Source of the DNA: Clostridiales bacterium
GTDB lineage: Bacteria; Bacillota; Clostridia; Christensenellales; Pumilibacteraceae
Direction of reading: 5' to 3'
Length of the DNA: 64,000 nt
NCBI GenBank assembly: GCA_022508465.1
Contig: JAFLVB010000002.1
Span: forward strand, 628-64,627
In this document: positions 8,360 to 19,300 of the stretch, in pieces
Numbering within the stretch: position 1 is the stretch's first letter
Layout of the letters: every line of letters begins with the position of its first letter
Program-made: the position numbers and the translations under genes
Notes under the pieces: model-generated
The model's database searches: none
Told to the model about the DNA's origin: nothing
What the model saw: only the letters and a program-made list of their open reading frames with translations

Positions 8360-11300
8360 TTATTTGCACTTAACTTCCCAGAATCTCGACAAAGGTCCAC
8401 TGTACGGCGATCTGTCACTATTGAAAGTATTATCGTCAAACACGTTAGAATTGTACGCATAAACGTTAACACGTTGATATGTCGGGAGCTCAACTGCGAG
8501 ATCCATAATAAGATCATAAGCCTTAGCATAAGTTGCAGCACGTGAAGCATTATCAAGAGTGCTACGGCCTTGGTCTATCAAGTCGGCAAGGCTATTGATA
8601 ATACCTCTTTCTTCCTTATAAAGATCGGTGCTATCATTAAGAATTTCGGGATAACCCCAGTTTCTTACAGAAGTAGCCTGACTGTCTTTATGGTAAACCT
8701 GATACATATCGGGATCTACACCGGAGCCCCAAGCTGCTGCCCAAACAGTAAGAGTACCTGCAGCCAACTTACTAAGAGCGTTGGTATCTGTCTTAACGGT
8801 GATCTTAAATCCATGATCATTAAGGATATTTGCAGCATTTTGCATTGCGGTATAAGCCGGGTGATCATCGGTAGCACCTGCGATTGTAAAGGTGTACTCG
8901 AGCTTATGCTGTGTACCATCGGGAAGAGTTCTAACACCTACTTGAGTTCCGTTTTTAGTGTCATAACCTGCTTTTTGTACCAAGATATCTATTTGAGTAC
9001 CTTTTGGATCATACGAATAGTAAGGCTCTTGCTTAAATGTACTATAAATTCCGGCCGGGTTATCCGGGTTCTGCGGAGAAGCCCAAGATACGCTGGATAT
9101 GGGACGATAGATAAGCGAAGCGAAGTCAGCATAGTATGCCTTGATAAGTCTTGTATCGATAGCATGCATTATAGCCTGACGGATCTTAAGGTCGGGAACA
9201 TATTTAGCATTTATACCTATATAACCATAACCGTTATTAGGAATTGTACCCGATTTAACCGTAGAGCTTGCATTAAGCTGGTTCATGTTTTCGGTTGTTG
9301 CAGACGGATCACCATAGTCGATAGCGCCGGTCAACAACGCGTTAAGAAGCTTAGAAGTATTAACTACCTGATAACGAACATACTTGATCTTGCAGTTAGT
9401 TATAGGCGACTTATTAGCTATAGCTTCGTCATTGCTTGCATATCCTTGACCCGAAGTTGTATAGAAGTACGGGTTACGGATATAGTATACAATGTTATTG
9501 GAAAGGAATTCGGAGAATGTAGGTCTCTCTTCGGGAGTATAATCTTCCTTAGTAAAATCTCTCTTGGAAACTTTATACATACCTGCACCAACAGGTACGG
9601 AAAGAATTTTACCGGACTTAAGAACTTTGTCAAAGTAGTCCTTATCTGCAAACGGGCGGCCTACCGAGATAGGCTTTTTCGGATCATAGCCCGGACAACC
9701 CTCATAGTTAAACGAATGATAGTCAACGGCAGAAGTATATTTACCTGTTGTATCGTTAGTTGCATTGGAATAATAATGCATCGGAGTTACGGTAAAGCTG
9801 AAGTTCCAAATAGCTTGGGGGTCAACTCTATCAATAACTATTTGAAGTACATACATATCTTCCTTGAGAGTAGTAGTACCCATACGGCCTTCGAATGTAG
9901 AACCTGCAGGAAGCTGTTTTACTGTAATACCCTTAATCGTATCAACCGATTCATCGTTATGCTCCTCGAACCATTTACTCTTTTCTTCTGCAGTAAACTG
10001 ATCCAAAGCATTATTACCGGTACCCCAGTATGTAACGATCTCAGCAAGATTACTTGTAAGATTAGTTGAAGTCCAAAGAAGATTCCAGTAATTCTCATCT
10101 GAATCACTTGACTTTAAGCTGCTACGGATTGCCTTACCGTACGTATCGGTCACGATATCGCACTTGGGAGCATCAGCCTCGGATGCGGGAGCTTTATTGC
10201 CATCGGCATCTTCTTTTGTATTATCATTAGCAAGGATATTACCATTGTCGCCGATACCCATTTTAAGGTTAAATGCAATCTTGATCAAAGAATCTCTATC
10301 ATGCCACCATTTCCAAGCATTACCATAGTCGATCATCTTGTCATTCTTTTTAAGCTCTTTACCGTTTTTATCGTAATGACCACTTGCATCACTATCGGTC
10401 TTGTAGGTGTCTATTGTACCATCGCTCTTATAGTCGGCAGTTATATATCCCTCATTATAAAGGAATACTTCCCAAACCTCGGTAAAGCCAAGCGCAACAG
10501 CCTCCAACTTAGCCTTTCTTTCGGCATCCTTTTCGTTCTTGATCTTTTCGTTTTCTTCGATATAGCTATCAAGCTCGGAAATCGCACTACGGTAATCGCT
10601 GTTGATTTCATCCCAGAACATAAATCTTATAGACTCTACGTCCTCAAGAATTTCTTTTCTGTCAGCAAGCTCCTCATATCCTTGGCGATTAACTGCTCTT
10701 TTGTCGTCATCCTTAGCATACATTTCACGGATTTTTGCAAGTCTGAGGTTTGCATTTCCGCTTACAGTCTTATTGAACGATTCGTTATAAGCTTCGTTAG
10801 CATTCTCACTCTGAGTACGATACGCCAACAATCCTTGAATTGCCGTAGAGTATATAGTCGACGAACCTGTGTATACGGGATCGAGATATGTATACAAGTT
10901 AAAGATTACGTCGTTAATCGTAAGCGGCTGCCCATCGCTGAACTTAATATTGTTCTTAATAAGGAACTGATAAGTTGTGTAATAGTCGCTAGCAGGAATA
11001 TTAGCCGGCTTTCTGTCACCCAACTTGGGAGCTTCATCCTTATAATCTTTACCTTCCAAAGTTATAACCTGACTGTAGTTGAGTGCTACTGTAGGCTCAT
11101 CTTCGCCACAATATGGCTGACCGCTTGAATCTGAAGACATCATGCCAATCTGCGTTTGACCGATAATCTCATTATCGTAAGCAGATGTGGAGAAGAAGCT
11201 GTTGAATACGTTGTCAAGCTCGCCTGTGCTGAAAACAACTGCTTTTTCGTCGTCTACCTTGCCGGGCTTATCTCCAGGACCCGGGCATGCAGTCAACAAA

Positions 11301-11365
11301 ACAGTTGATGTTCCCAAAATCACAGCAAGCAAAGCAACACAAAGTATTCTTGCAAATTTTTTCAT
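8360..11365 (-). CDS. Family-5 (Opp/Dpp) substrate-binding lipoprotein, enlarged (1001 aa)
   Basis: Signal peptide with lipobox LLTAC. N-terminal SBP_bac_5-like block (IKFSDGQPLTINDVIFNLYTYLDP) and C-terminal lobe (YGYIGINAKYVPDLKIRQAIMHAID). A long insertion lies between the two. Confidence 0.85.
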   Translation of the reverse strand: MKKFARILCVALLAVILGTSTVLLTACPGPGDKPGKVDDEKAVVFSTGELDNVFNSFFSTSAYDNEIIGQTQIGMMSSDSSGQPYCGEDEPTVALNYSQVITLEGKDYKDEAPKLGDRKPANIPASDYYTTYQFLIKNNIKFSDGQPLTINDVIFNLYTYLDPVYTGSSTIYSTAIQGLLAYRTQSENANEAYNESFNKTVSGNANLRLAKIREMYAKDDDKRAVNRQGYEELADRKEILEDVESIRFMFWDEINSDYRSAISELDSYIEENEKIKNEKDAERKAKLEAVALGFTEVWEVFLYNEGYITADYKSDGTIDTYKTDSDASGHYDKNGKELKKNDKMIDYGNAWKWWHDRDSLIKIAFNLKMGIGDNGNILANDNTKEDADGNKAPASEADAPKCDIVTDTYGKAIRSSLKSSDSDENYWNLLWTSTNLTSNLAEIVTYWGTGNNALDQFTAEEKSKWFEEHNDESVDTIKGITVKQLPAGSTFEGRMGTTTLKEDMYVLQIVIDRVDPQAIWNFSFTVTPMHYYSNATNDTTGKYTSAVDYHSFNYEGCPGYDPKKPISVGRPFADKDYFDKVLKSGKILSVPVGAGMYKVSKRDFTKEDYTPEERPTFSEFLSNNIVYYIRNPYFYTTSGQGYASNDEAIANKSPITNCKIKYVRYQVVNTSKLLNALLTGAIDYGDPSATTENMNQLNASSTVKSGTIPNNGYGYIGINAKYVPDLKIRQAIMHAIDTRLIKAYYADFASLIYRPISSVSWASPQNPDNPAGIYSTFKQEPYYSYDPKGTQIDILVQKAGYDTKNGTQVGVRTLPDGTQHKLEYTFTIAGATDDHPAYTAMQNAANILNDHGFKITVKTDTNALSKLAAGTLTVWAAAWGSGVDPDMYQVYHKDSQATSVRNWGYPEILNDSTDLYKEERGIINSLADLIDQGRSTLDNASRAATYAKAYDLIMDLAVELPTYQRVNVYAYNSNVFDDNTFNSDRSPYSGPLSRFWEVKCK

Positions 11366-11431
11366 TTTGGTTTGTCCTCCTAAAAATTTTATATTTAATA
11401 ATTTTTAAAAAATTACTAATTACTATATTAA

Positions 11432-12997
11432 TTATTCCTCATCGGTGGTAGCTTCACCTTGGTCGCCCTCGGTTTCATCGCCCTCATCAGAACCGCCCGG
11501 GGTCTCACTCGGATCTTGTCCTTCCTCGCCACCGGGAGTTTCTTCGTCGGGAGTGTTCGGTTTTTGCTCTTCACCTTTTTTTGTAAAGCTAATAGAGCAG
11601 TCATCCGCAATATTGTTGCCCTCCGACTTAATCGCCTGCCATCCATCAACATATACAGTTACATCGTAGTCATTTTCAACATAACCACCCTGCAACTTAT
11701 TGTTCTCGTCACGCCAAGTCTTATAAATTTCCTTACGAGTAACTTCATACTCTGCATTAATGTTTACATTAACGAGTGTGCAGTTTTCCATAGACTTAGC
11801 AAAGATACCAACATAACATTCTCTGTCTACATCACTGCCCTCAGTCTTTCTCTCGGCATCAGGGTCTACTCCGATTTCAAATGTTACGATAGTATTTATC
11901 GTAAGATTTTTGATTGTCGCATTTTCGAGTGCTCCAAAGATTCCGCCATAGGTGTTGCCTTCGCTTGATTCACCCGTCCAATGAACTTGATTAATTGTGG
12001 TTTTGCCACCGCTAAGTGTATAACCATTACCCTCAATAGTACCGGTGTAGACAGCATCGACAACAGTATATTTACCCAATTCGATATCCTTAAGCAAATA
12101 TACATTAAGATTGTTTTTAATAGCATTCGTAAAATCCACAGCGTCGTTTACGAGTTCAAATACGCCGTCGATTTCCTTATAGTAAACAACCGTTACCAAT
12201 TTATCTGCGGCAATCGGGAATTCCATCTCGTTTTCGCACTCTTTGTCATAGTAAAACTTTAACGCCGTATTATTGGGACGCGCTACTTTATATGAATTTT
12301 TAACATCATCATTGGATATTTGAGCTCCTCCGTTATAAGTAGCATCAACCAATCTGTCAGCATATTGCTTATAAACAGCAGATTCAAATGTAAAGCTGTC
12401 ATCTGTAAGCGCTTCAAGGTTCTCCCACTCGTCGTTATTATGGTCGGCTATAATGAACTTATTATACTCAGCCCAAATAGCAACCAAAACAACGTCTTTT
12501 GTAACACGGTCACGAGTAAACACCCATTCGGTATCTTCGTAATCGTAATATTTAAGCACAACGTCCTTATAGTTAGGTATATCGCTCTCGGCAATAGCGT
12601 CGCCTGTACCGTTCTCGGTAACATAAACGCCACCGTCGGTAGATGATATCGCAGTATCACGAAGCAACGGCTTGCCGTTTTCGTCAACTTTACATACTTT
12701 CCAGCCGACAAATCTATATGCAGGTCTAACAACCGGCTCAATCACGCTTGTGCCCCCAAACGGGTCAAAGGCATGAACATCATCCTGCACATAAATATAG
12801 CGCTCAACCTTATTGTTAATCATACCACCATTACCGCAATATGTAACTAAATGATCCACTTCCGGCGGTATATAGATACCTCCACCGATGGAGCAACCGG
12901 CCAGTATGCCCGTTGCAAGTATTGCGATTAGCGATACCATCAAAAGACACTTAAATTTTCTCATAATAGTCTCCAATTTAAATTTCGTTTCTGCCAA
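11432..12997 (-). CDS. Lipoprotein of unknown function with Listeria-Bacteroides-type repeat and acidic tail (521 aa)
   Basis: Lipobox LAGCS. Flg_new-like segment is VTYCGNGG...YRFVGWKV. GLUG-like segment is GGIFGALENATIKNL. C-terminal ~50 aa are rich in E, D, G, P and T. It is the first gene of the operon. Confidence 0.6.
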   Translation of the reverse strand: MAETKFKLETIMRKFKCLLMVSLIAILATGILAGCSIGGGIYIPPEVDHLVTYCGNGGMINNKVERYIYVQDDVHAFDPFGGTSVIEPVVRPAYRFVGWKVCKVDENGKPLLRDTAISSTDGGVYVTENGTGDAIAESDIPNYKDVVLKYYDYEDTEWVFTRDRVTKDVVLVAIWAEYNKFIIADHNNDEWENLEALTDDSFTFESAVYKQYADRLVDATYNGGAQISNDDVKNSYKVARPNNTALKFYYDKECENEMEFPIAADKLVTVVYYKEIDGVFELVNDAVDFTNAIKNNLNVYLLKDIELGKYTVVDAVYTGTIEGNGYTLSGGKTTINQVHWTGESSEGNTYGGIFGALENATIKNLTINTIVTFEIGVDPDAERKTEGSDVDRECYVGIFAKSMENCTLVNVNINAEYEVTRKEIYKTWRDENNKLQGGYVENDYDVTVYVDGWQAIKSEGNNIADDCSISFTKKGEEQKPNTPDEETPGGEEGQDPSETPGGSDEGDETEGDQGEATTDEE

Positions 12998-13060
12998 TCA
13001 AACTACAGCCTTACATTAGAAAAATCCATCATCACATAAAACTGCAGATTAGGTATATTA

Positions 13061-13089
13061 AGTATATCAAAATCTATAATCGTTGTCAA
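13061..13089 (-). promoter_or_regulatory. Sigma-70-type promoter of the lipoprotein/Opp-like operon
   Basis: On the minus strand: TTGACA (13084-13089), 17-nt spacer, TATACT (13061-13066). It lies about 65 nt upstream of ATG 12997. Confidence 0.6.
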
Positions 13090-13351
13090 TAAATATTGAG
13101 TTAAATTTTTGTGTAAATTTTGGCTATTGTGATTTTTGTTTTAAATGCTGCTTTTTAATGACTATTCGGTGTAAAATGGCTATTATACAGCTGTTTTGAC
13201 TACAAAAATTCTTTTTTTTGTAAATATAAATGTTGTTTATAGAACTAAACTAATGCCACCTTTGACTAAAAACAAATTTGCAGTTTTTACCACAAAGATA
13301 AATGTTATTTAAGTGATATCCTTTTACCATATTATAATGGTTTTTTGACAG

Positions 13352-13382
13352 TAAAAAACAGCCCCGTTCGTTAGAACGGAGC
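13352..13382 (-). terminator. Rho-independent terminator after the giant protease gene
   Basis: On the minus strand: GCTCCGTTC-TAAC-GAACGGGGC followed by TGTTTTTT. It lies 17 nt after the stop at 13399. Confidence 0.7.
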
Positions 13383-13398
13383 CGTTTATAGTTAGCAA

Positions 13399-16300
13399 TT
13401 ATTTTTGTGCAGACTTCTTTTTGCGTAAGAGCACCACAAGGAGAGATACAAGCATTACAGCGAACAAGCCAACCATAAGGCCTGTGCCACCATTATTACC
13501 TGCTCCGAATGCTACTGTTCCGCAGCTACCGCAACCTTCTTTTTCGCCGCCTTTATCTTCAAGCTCACTGATCTTAGCTTCGCACTGCTCAAGCTTGGTA
13601 ACAAGAGCTGCGTTTTCAGTAGCAAATACAGACTGGTTAGTAGAAGTAAGAGCATCGTATGCCTCGCGTGCAGCCACTACAGCATCTTTATCTTTAAGTG
13701 TAATGTCAGCAGGATCGGGGAGCTCATTGATAAGATCTTTAACCGCCTGACGACGAGCAGCATCATTGCCATCGATCTCAGCCAATCTCTGTTCGCAAGC
13801 TTCAAGGCGATCAAGCAAGCCTTCCTTGATAACAAATACTTGTTGCTCAAAGCTGGACAAGCTGTCGTATCTACCACGAGCGCTTTCGATATCATCTCTA
13901 TGAGCTACGGTCACTTTATTCGCCTCGGGCAATGCGCGTATAAGATCCATAACAATTCTTGTCGTGTCTTCCATAAGTTCGGGCATAAGAAGCGTGCTAT
14001 CAAAGTAGTTAGCCCAAATGAAGTTGTCAAAGCCCTTAGCATTGGACGGTCTTTCTACTACCATACCATACGGATAGCCTGTGAATCCACCGCCTGTGTA
14101 AGACTCATTCTGTAATTGCATGGACGAATTCAAATCAACACGCTTATCATACTCATCATGCATACGTATACTGTTATACTTAAAGGCTCCGCCATCAGGT
14201 GAATATGTGAACGGTTGATAGAAGTTATTATACATCTGCCAGAAGTAAACATCGCCATTTTCGGTCTCTGTTGTTGCATAACCGGCTTCAAGCTCGGGCG
14301 CCTGCAAAGTTTCGAAATTGTAGATTCTTACATCGGAACTTGCAAATGCACCATCACCTATCCATCTTACGCTGTCGGGAATGTTTACCTTAAAGATATA
14401 CTGATTGAAGTAGAATGCATAATTGCCGATACGAATTGTACCATCCATTACAGTAAACTCTGTCGACTGTTGATATAATGTCGGAACAGCAACAAGCTCG
14501 TAACCGCCCTCTACGTATCTATAAAGAGCCAATTCATCAGACTGGAAGTATCTCGGATTTTCGCCGTAGAATACATATCCAAGTACCGAAGAAGCTATAA
14601 ATGCCGTCGGGTGAATATATTCGAGATCAGCACTCAATATACCCAAATAGCGGTAATATTCAGGAAGATCCAATTCTTTATCCGGATAAACCTGATTAAC
14701 TGCGGTATTTGCGAATGCATACATACCGATCGTTTTAGCTTGAGGCATATATACCTTAGTCAAGCTCGTGCATGAATAGAATGCTAAAGCACCGATTTCG
14801 GTACAAGCATCAAGCTCGATAGCCTCTAGCTTATTTTGATAATAGAACGCACCCGTACCTAATGTTTTAGCCATGGGGATATTAACCGTTTTAATCGTAG
14901 CTATCGACTCTCCGGTTTCCTCGTTATTTCCGGGAGCAAATGCATAGTCACCGATATAAGTTGCAACCCTAAGGTCAACACTTTCAAGGTTAGAGCAGCC
15001 TGCAAATGCTTGCTCCGCTATATAAGTACAATTGATAAGTCTGATAGACGGTATTGCAGTATAGCAGAATGCTCCGACACCTATACGTGTAATTCTGGTA
15101 AGGTTACCATTTTCGGTAAAACCACTATCCGCACTCGGCGATACGGTGTTGATAAGCGCAAGGCTTGAGCAGCCGTAGAATGTCGTGTCCGCAATTTCAG
15201 TTACATTGGAAGGCAAAGTAATCGCCTTGAGCTCAGTATTCTCGGCAAATGCACCCATACCTATTTCGGATATTGTATTAGGCAGCTCGATTCTCTCAAA
15301 TACTGTTTTATAGAACGCAAATTGACCTATCTTAGTAATCGGATCTCGAGTATCATCTATTGTTGCAGGGAAGTTAACATCTTTAAGGCTTGTGCACTCA
15401 TAGAACATTAAATCAGTTATATTATGCTGGGGAAGAGTAACCTCTGTAAGTGCAGAACACATAAAGAATATACCATCACCAAACTCCTCGATTCCGCTAA
15501 TGTCAGCTTTCTCGATATAAGTGTTAGCTCCGAATGCATAATCACCTATCTTGGTAACGCCGTCCAAAACATCGTTAGCATTTGTAAATTCTTTTGCGCC
15601 CGGAACGGCAATAAGCATATCGCCTTCTTTGTTATAAATAACACCGTTCTTAGAGGTCAAGTACGCGTTATCAGGTTCTACTTCAAATTCGGCAAGATTT
15701 TTGCATCCATAGAACGGAGTACCTGCCGAAGCGGAAACCTGTCCGTTTTCCGTAGTCCATTTGCAATTCTTATCTATAACTAACTTTCCGATATATTCAC
15801 ATTGCGAGAATGCAGCGGTACCTAATTTTTCAAGGCCTGCCGGCAACTTAAACTCGCCTGCTTCGCCATCTGCCGTTTTACCGATTTCGGTTGCAAAGAA
15901 TGCCTGGTTTCCGATTTCACGGCAGCCGTTTTTGAAGTTAATTTCCTCGATTTTACTATATGCAAACGCAGCTTCGCCTATCGAGTAAACAGGCTTCTCG
16001 AATGTTACTTTCTTTACACTGCTGTAAATGAATGCACCCATTTCGATAACTACATTGTCAGCAGTAAATGTTATTTCTTCCAACTCACCGATATAAGAGG
16101 GAGTGTATTTAGTTTCAACATCGGCATCCGGATTTTCCTGTTCTTCATCCTCATGAACATCCTCTTGTTCCTCGGTCAAGCCATAGAACATCTGAGCAGA
16201 TATTCTTCTCATGGGAAGAGTAACTTTACCTATACCGTTACCAACGAATGCAGCAATACCAGCATAAGTGTTTTCGCCAAATATTACATCGGCATATTTG

Positions 16301-19300
16301 GGACCGTTTTCGCCGTTAAAGTGGTTATGTAAGGACGAGCCGATATTGAAGAATGCACCAATACTTGCACCACGCAATCCGGTAAGGTCAAGCTTGGAAA
16401 CAAACGCCAAGTTAGCAAAAGCATATTTGTCAACAACTCTTACCATCTTAGTGTTAAACAACTCACGATCTGCTTCGCTTATAAGGACAATTTTATTCTT
16501 GCCATCTTTATCATCGCCAAAATCGAAATTAGCTTCTCCACCTGACGCCTTGATACTTGCTTCGATATCTACGCCGATATATTTTTGGTTAGCAAATGCA
16601 TAAGCTGCAATCTGTAACGGCTTAGCGCAGTCACTGGTGTCTACTATGGAAAGTCCCGGAACAGGACCCTCGGCAGCCGTCTCATATTTTGCTATAAATG
16701 CGTATTGGTCAATCTTTTGCAAAGTGGAGGGGAATTTTACTCTTCTCAAGTCAATCATGTATGCGCAAGCGGCTCTACCGATTGTCTCAAGTCCCTCGGG
16801 GAATATGATGTACTCAATACCTTTACGCTCGTAGAACAACGAAGAAGCAATAGTAGTAATATTGAGGTTAGACGGAATTGTCACCGTCATCAAACCTGTT
16901 TTTTCATCTAATATAGGCGTACCATGATATTCGGTAAGCTCATTACCCGTAGTAACAAACTCCTCATATACATAAGCCGCAAACTGTGCGGAATAAACGG
17001 TTGTGTCATACGCTCCGTATACAGGATCGTTGTTTTTGCCGTTTTCGGATATTTTGCAAAGCTGAGCAGTAACAGTAGCAAAAGCCGAGATATTCTTTAC
17101 ATATTCGCCATCATAGTCAGAGCCTCTGTTGGCAGTTACTACAGCCTTAAATATACTGTATTCCTCACCAAACTTAGCAGCATCCGCGCGAGTCATCGGC
17201 CTTACGGCTGCTACACGATCATTGCTCGAAGTCCAACGAATAAAGTATTTACCAGAGATAATATCACTTTCAAGCTCATAATACCATGGGTCATGCTCGA
17301 GCTCGATAATGTATTCTTCACCTGCATCGAAAGCCCAACCCGATACTTTAAACGACAACGAGTTAAGATTCTGGTCTGCCTGAAGTGTGCTTACGGGAAT
17401 TTTATACTTAGCTGCATCTTCGAGCGAGAGCACTTTTACGGTAAGGGTTGCCGAAGCATTGCGATTTACACGCGAGGTAATGGTTACAGTAGCCTCACCT
17501 GCTCCTTCTGCATATATCTCACCTGTTTCATCATTAACTCTGACGATTGCAGGTGCGCTGGATGTGAATACAAAGTCTTCACGCCAAGCTGTAGCCGGAG
17601 TGGGTACAACAGCCTTCATAAGTTCTATCTTTTGACCCTTGATAATAGTTACCGATCTGAGTGTCGAATCCTCCTTCGGGGTGTCATTATAAGATGTCAT
17701 TACGTTTACTTGGTTAGTAACATTATTTTCGGTATAAGAATAAGTAGCATAGTTACCGATATCGCCAAACTGAACGCTCTCCATGTACTCGTAAAGCTCC
17801 ATAAGGTCTATGGTATAGTACGAAGTATTAAACGCATAGTCATAAAGTGTAACCTTGAACTGAGTAAGATATGTACCAAGTTCGGGATGAGCAGCTATCG
17901 CAGCAGCATTATTGAGATTTTCAAGCTGATAAAGTATACCATCTTGAATCTGTTCCCACATATAAGTCAAGTTCAAAGATACAAGGGTTGTTGCATTACG
18001 TTGAGTAATAATCGGACGTAAAGTACCGTCCACAGGGTCAAACGTAGATACATATTCTTCCTTATCCTTATCGTAAGCAGTGAGCGACATTGCCTGTATA
18101 TAATGGTTATCTGTAAGATACATATCAAGATAATACGACGCATTATCAGAGCTGTCTCTTACTACACGAAGCTCGGTATTGGAAATGAACGGAGCATCTG
18201 TATCATACCAGAAATCAGTCGACCAGTAGTATCTGATTCTATTGTCTTCGCAAGCGCAATTTGCATCTTGGCAATCCTCATTGACAATGCATCTCTCCTT
18301 ATCCGAGCATTCGCAACGGCTAAGCATCTTGTTTATATTGTAATCAATTACATCCTGTTTAGTCTTAAATTGGTCAGCATGCCAGTCGAGCACAGGATAG
18401 CAAGTGAAGGTATACTTGTGGTTGTTGACAAAGTCCATTTGAGTCATATCGATCTCAAAGTAAGCACCGCCATATCCACTTGCAGCTGACGCTTTACGCG
18501 CCGAGCGGTAAGTTGAGCCGTAAATATAATCTCCTGTTACAGCATCGGTAATTTCCCAGAACAACCTTTTAGCACCACGAAGGAATCCGGCTACACCATA
18601 GATACCGCTTATAGCCGAATCTGTATTAAACGATACTGCAGCCTTATCTGCTTCTGCATCGGGTCCGGTATAACCTTCGGGCAAATTGAATACATATGAA
18701 CCCATCGGGAACGAATACTCTTGTCCGTTTTCTGTATATTTACCAAGGAGCTGAATGGGCTGAGCATTGCTGTAACGCTTATCGTCCTCGTCGATTGTAT
18801 CATCATTTAAATCCTTAGATGTCTCATAAATTTCATAGTCGATTATGGGTGCATCCGACCAGTCGCCATAGAATGCAAGATACGGAATGTTAAGGTCGAT
18901 ACCGTTTACCTTATCTTCATTTATAAGGCGAACAAAGCCATCTACATACATACCGTTTTTAAAGTTTGCAAGCCATTCTCTGTCCTTGTCGCCAAGAGTA
19001 ATTGTATAAGTAATTTTTACCGAAGACTTAGCTGCGACGGTAATAGTGCTATCCAATTCTTTAGCAACTCCATCCACCTTAAGAGCAGCGGTATAATCTG
19101 TAAGCATACGAGATTTTTCGGTAACCGTCTTCTCATCCGAAGATATACCCTCAGTCATAACATGGCTGCTTATTGTGTAGCTTGCAGACGAGCTACCTAC
19201 GTTTTTAACATAGAATTCTACGGTGTATTCGCCTTTTTTGGACGGATCGTCACCAAGCTCAACCTTGGTACGCTCCTGCTCTACGCCGTTTTTCATTACA

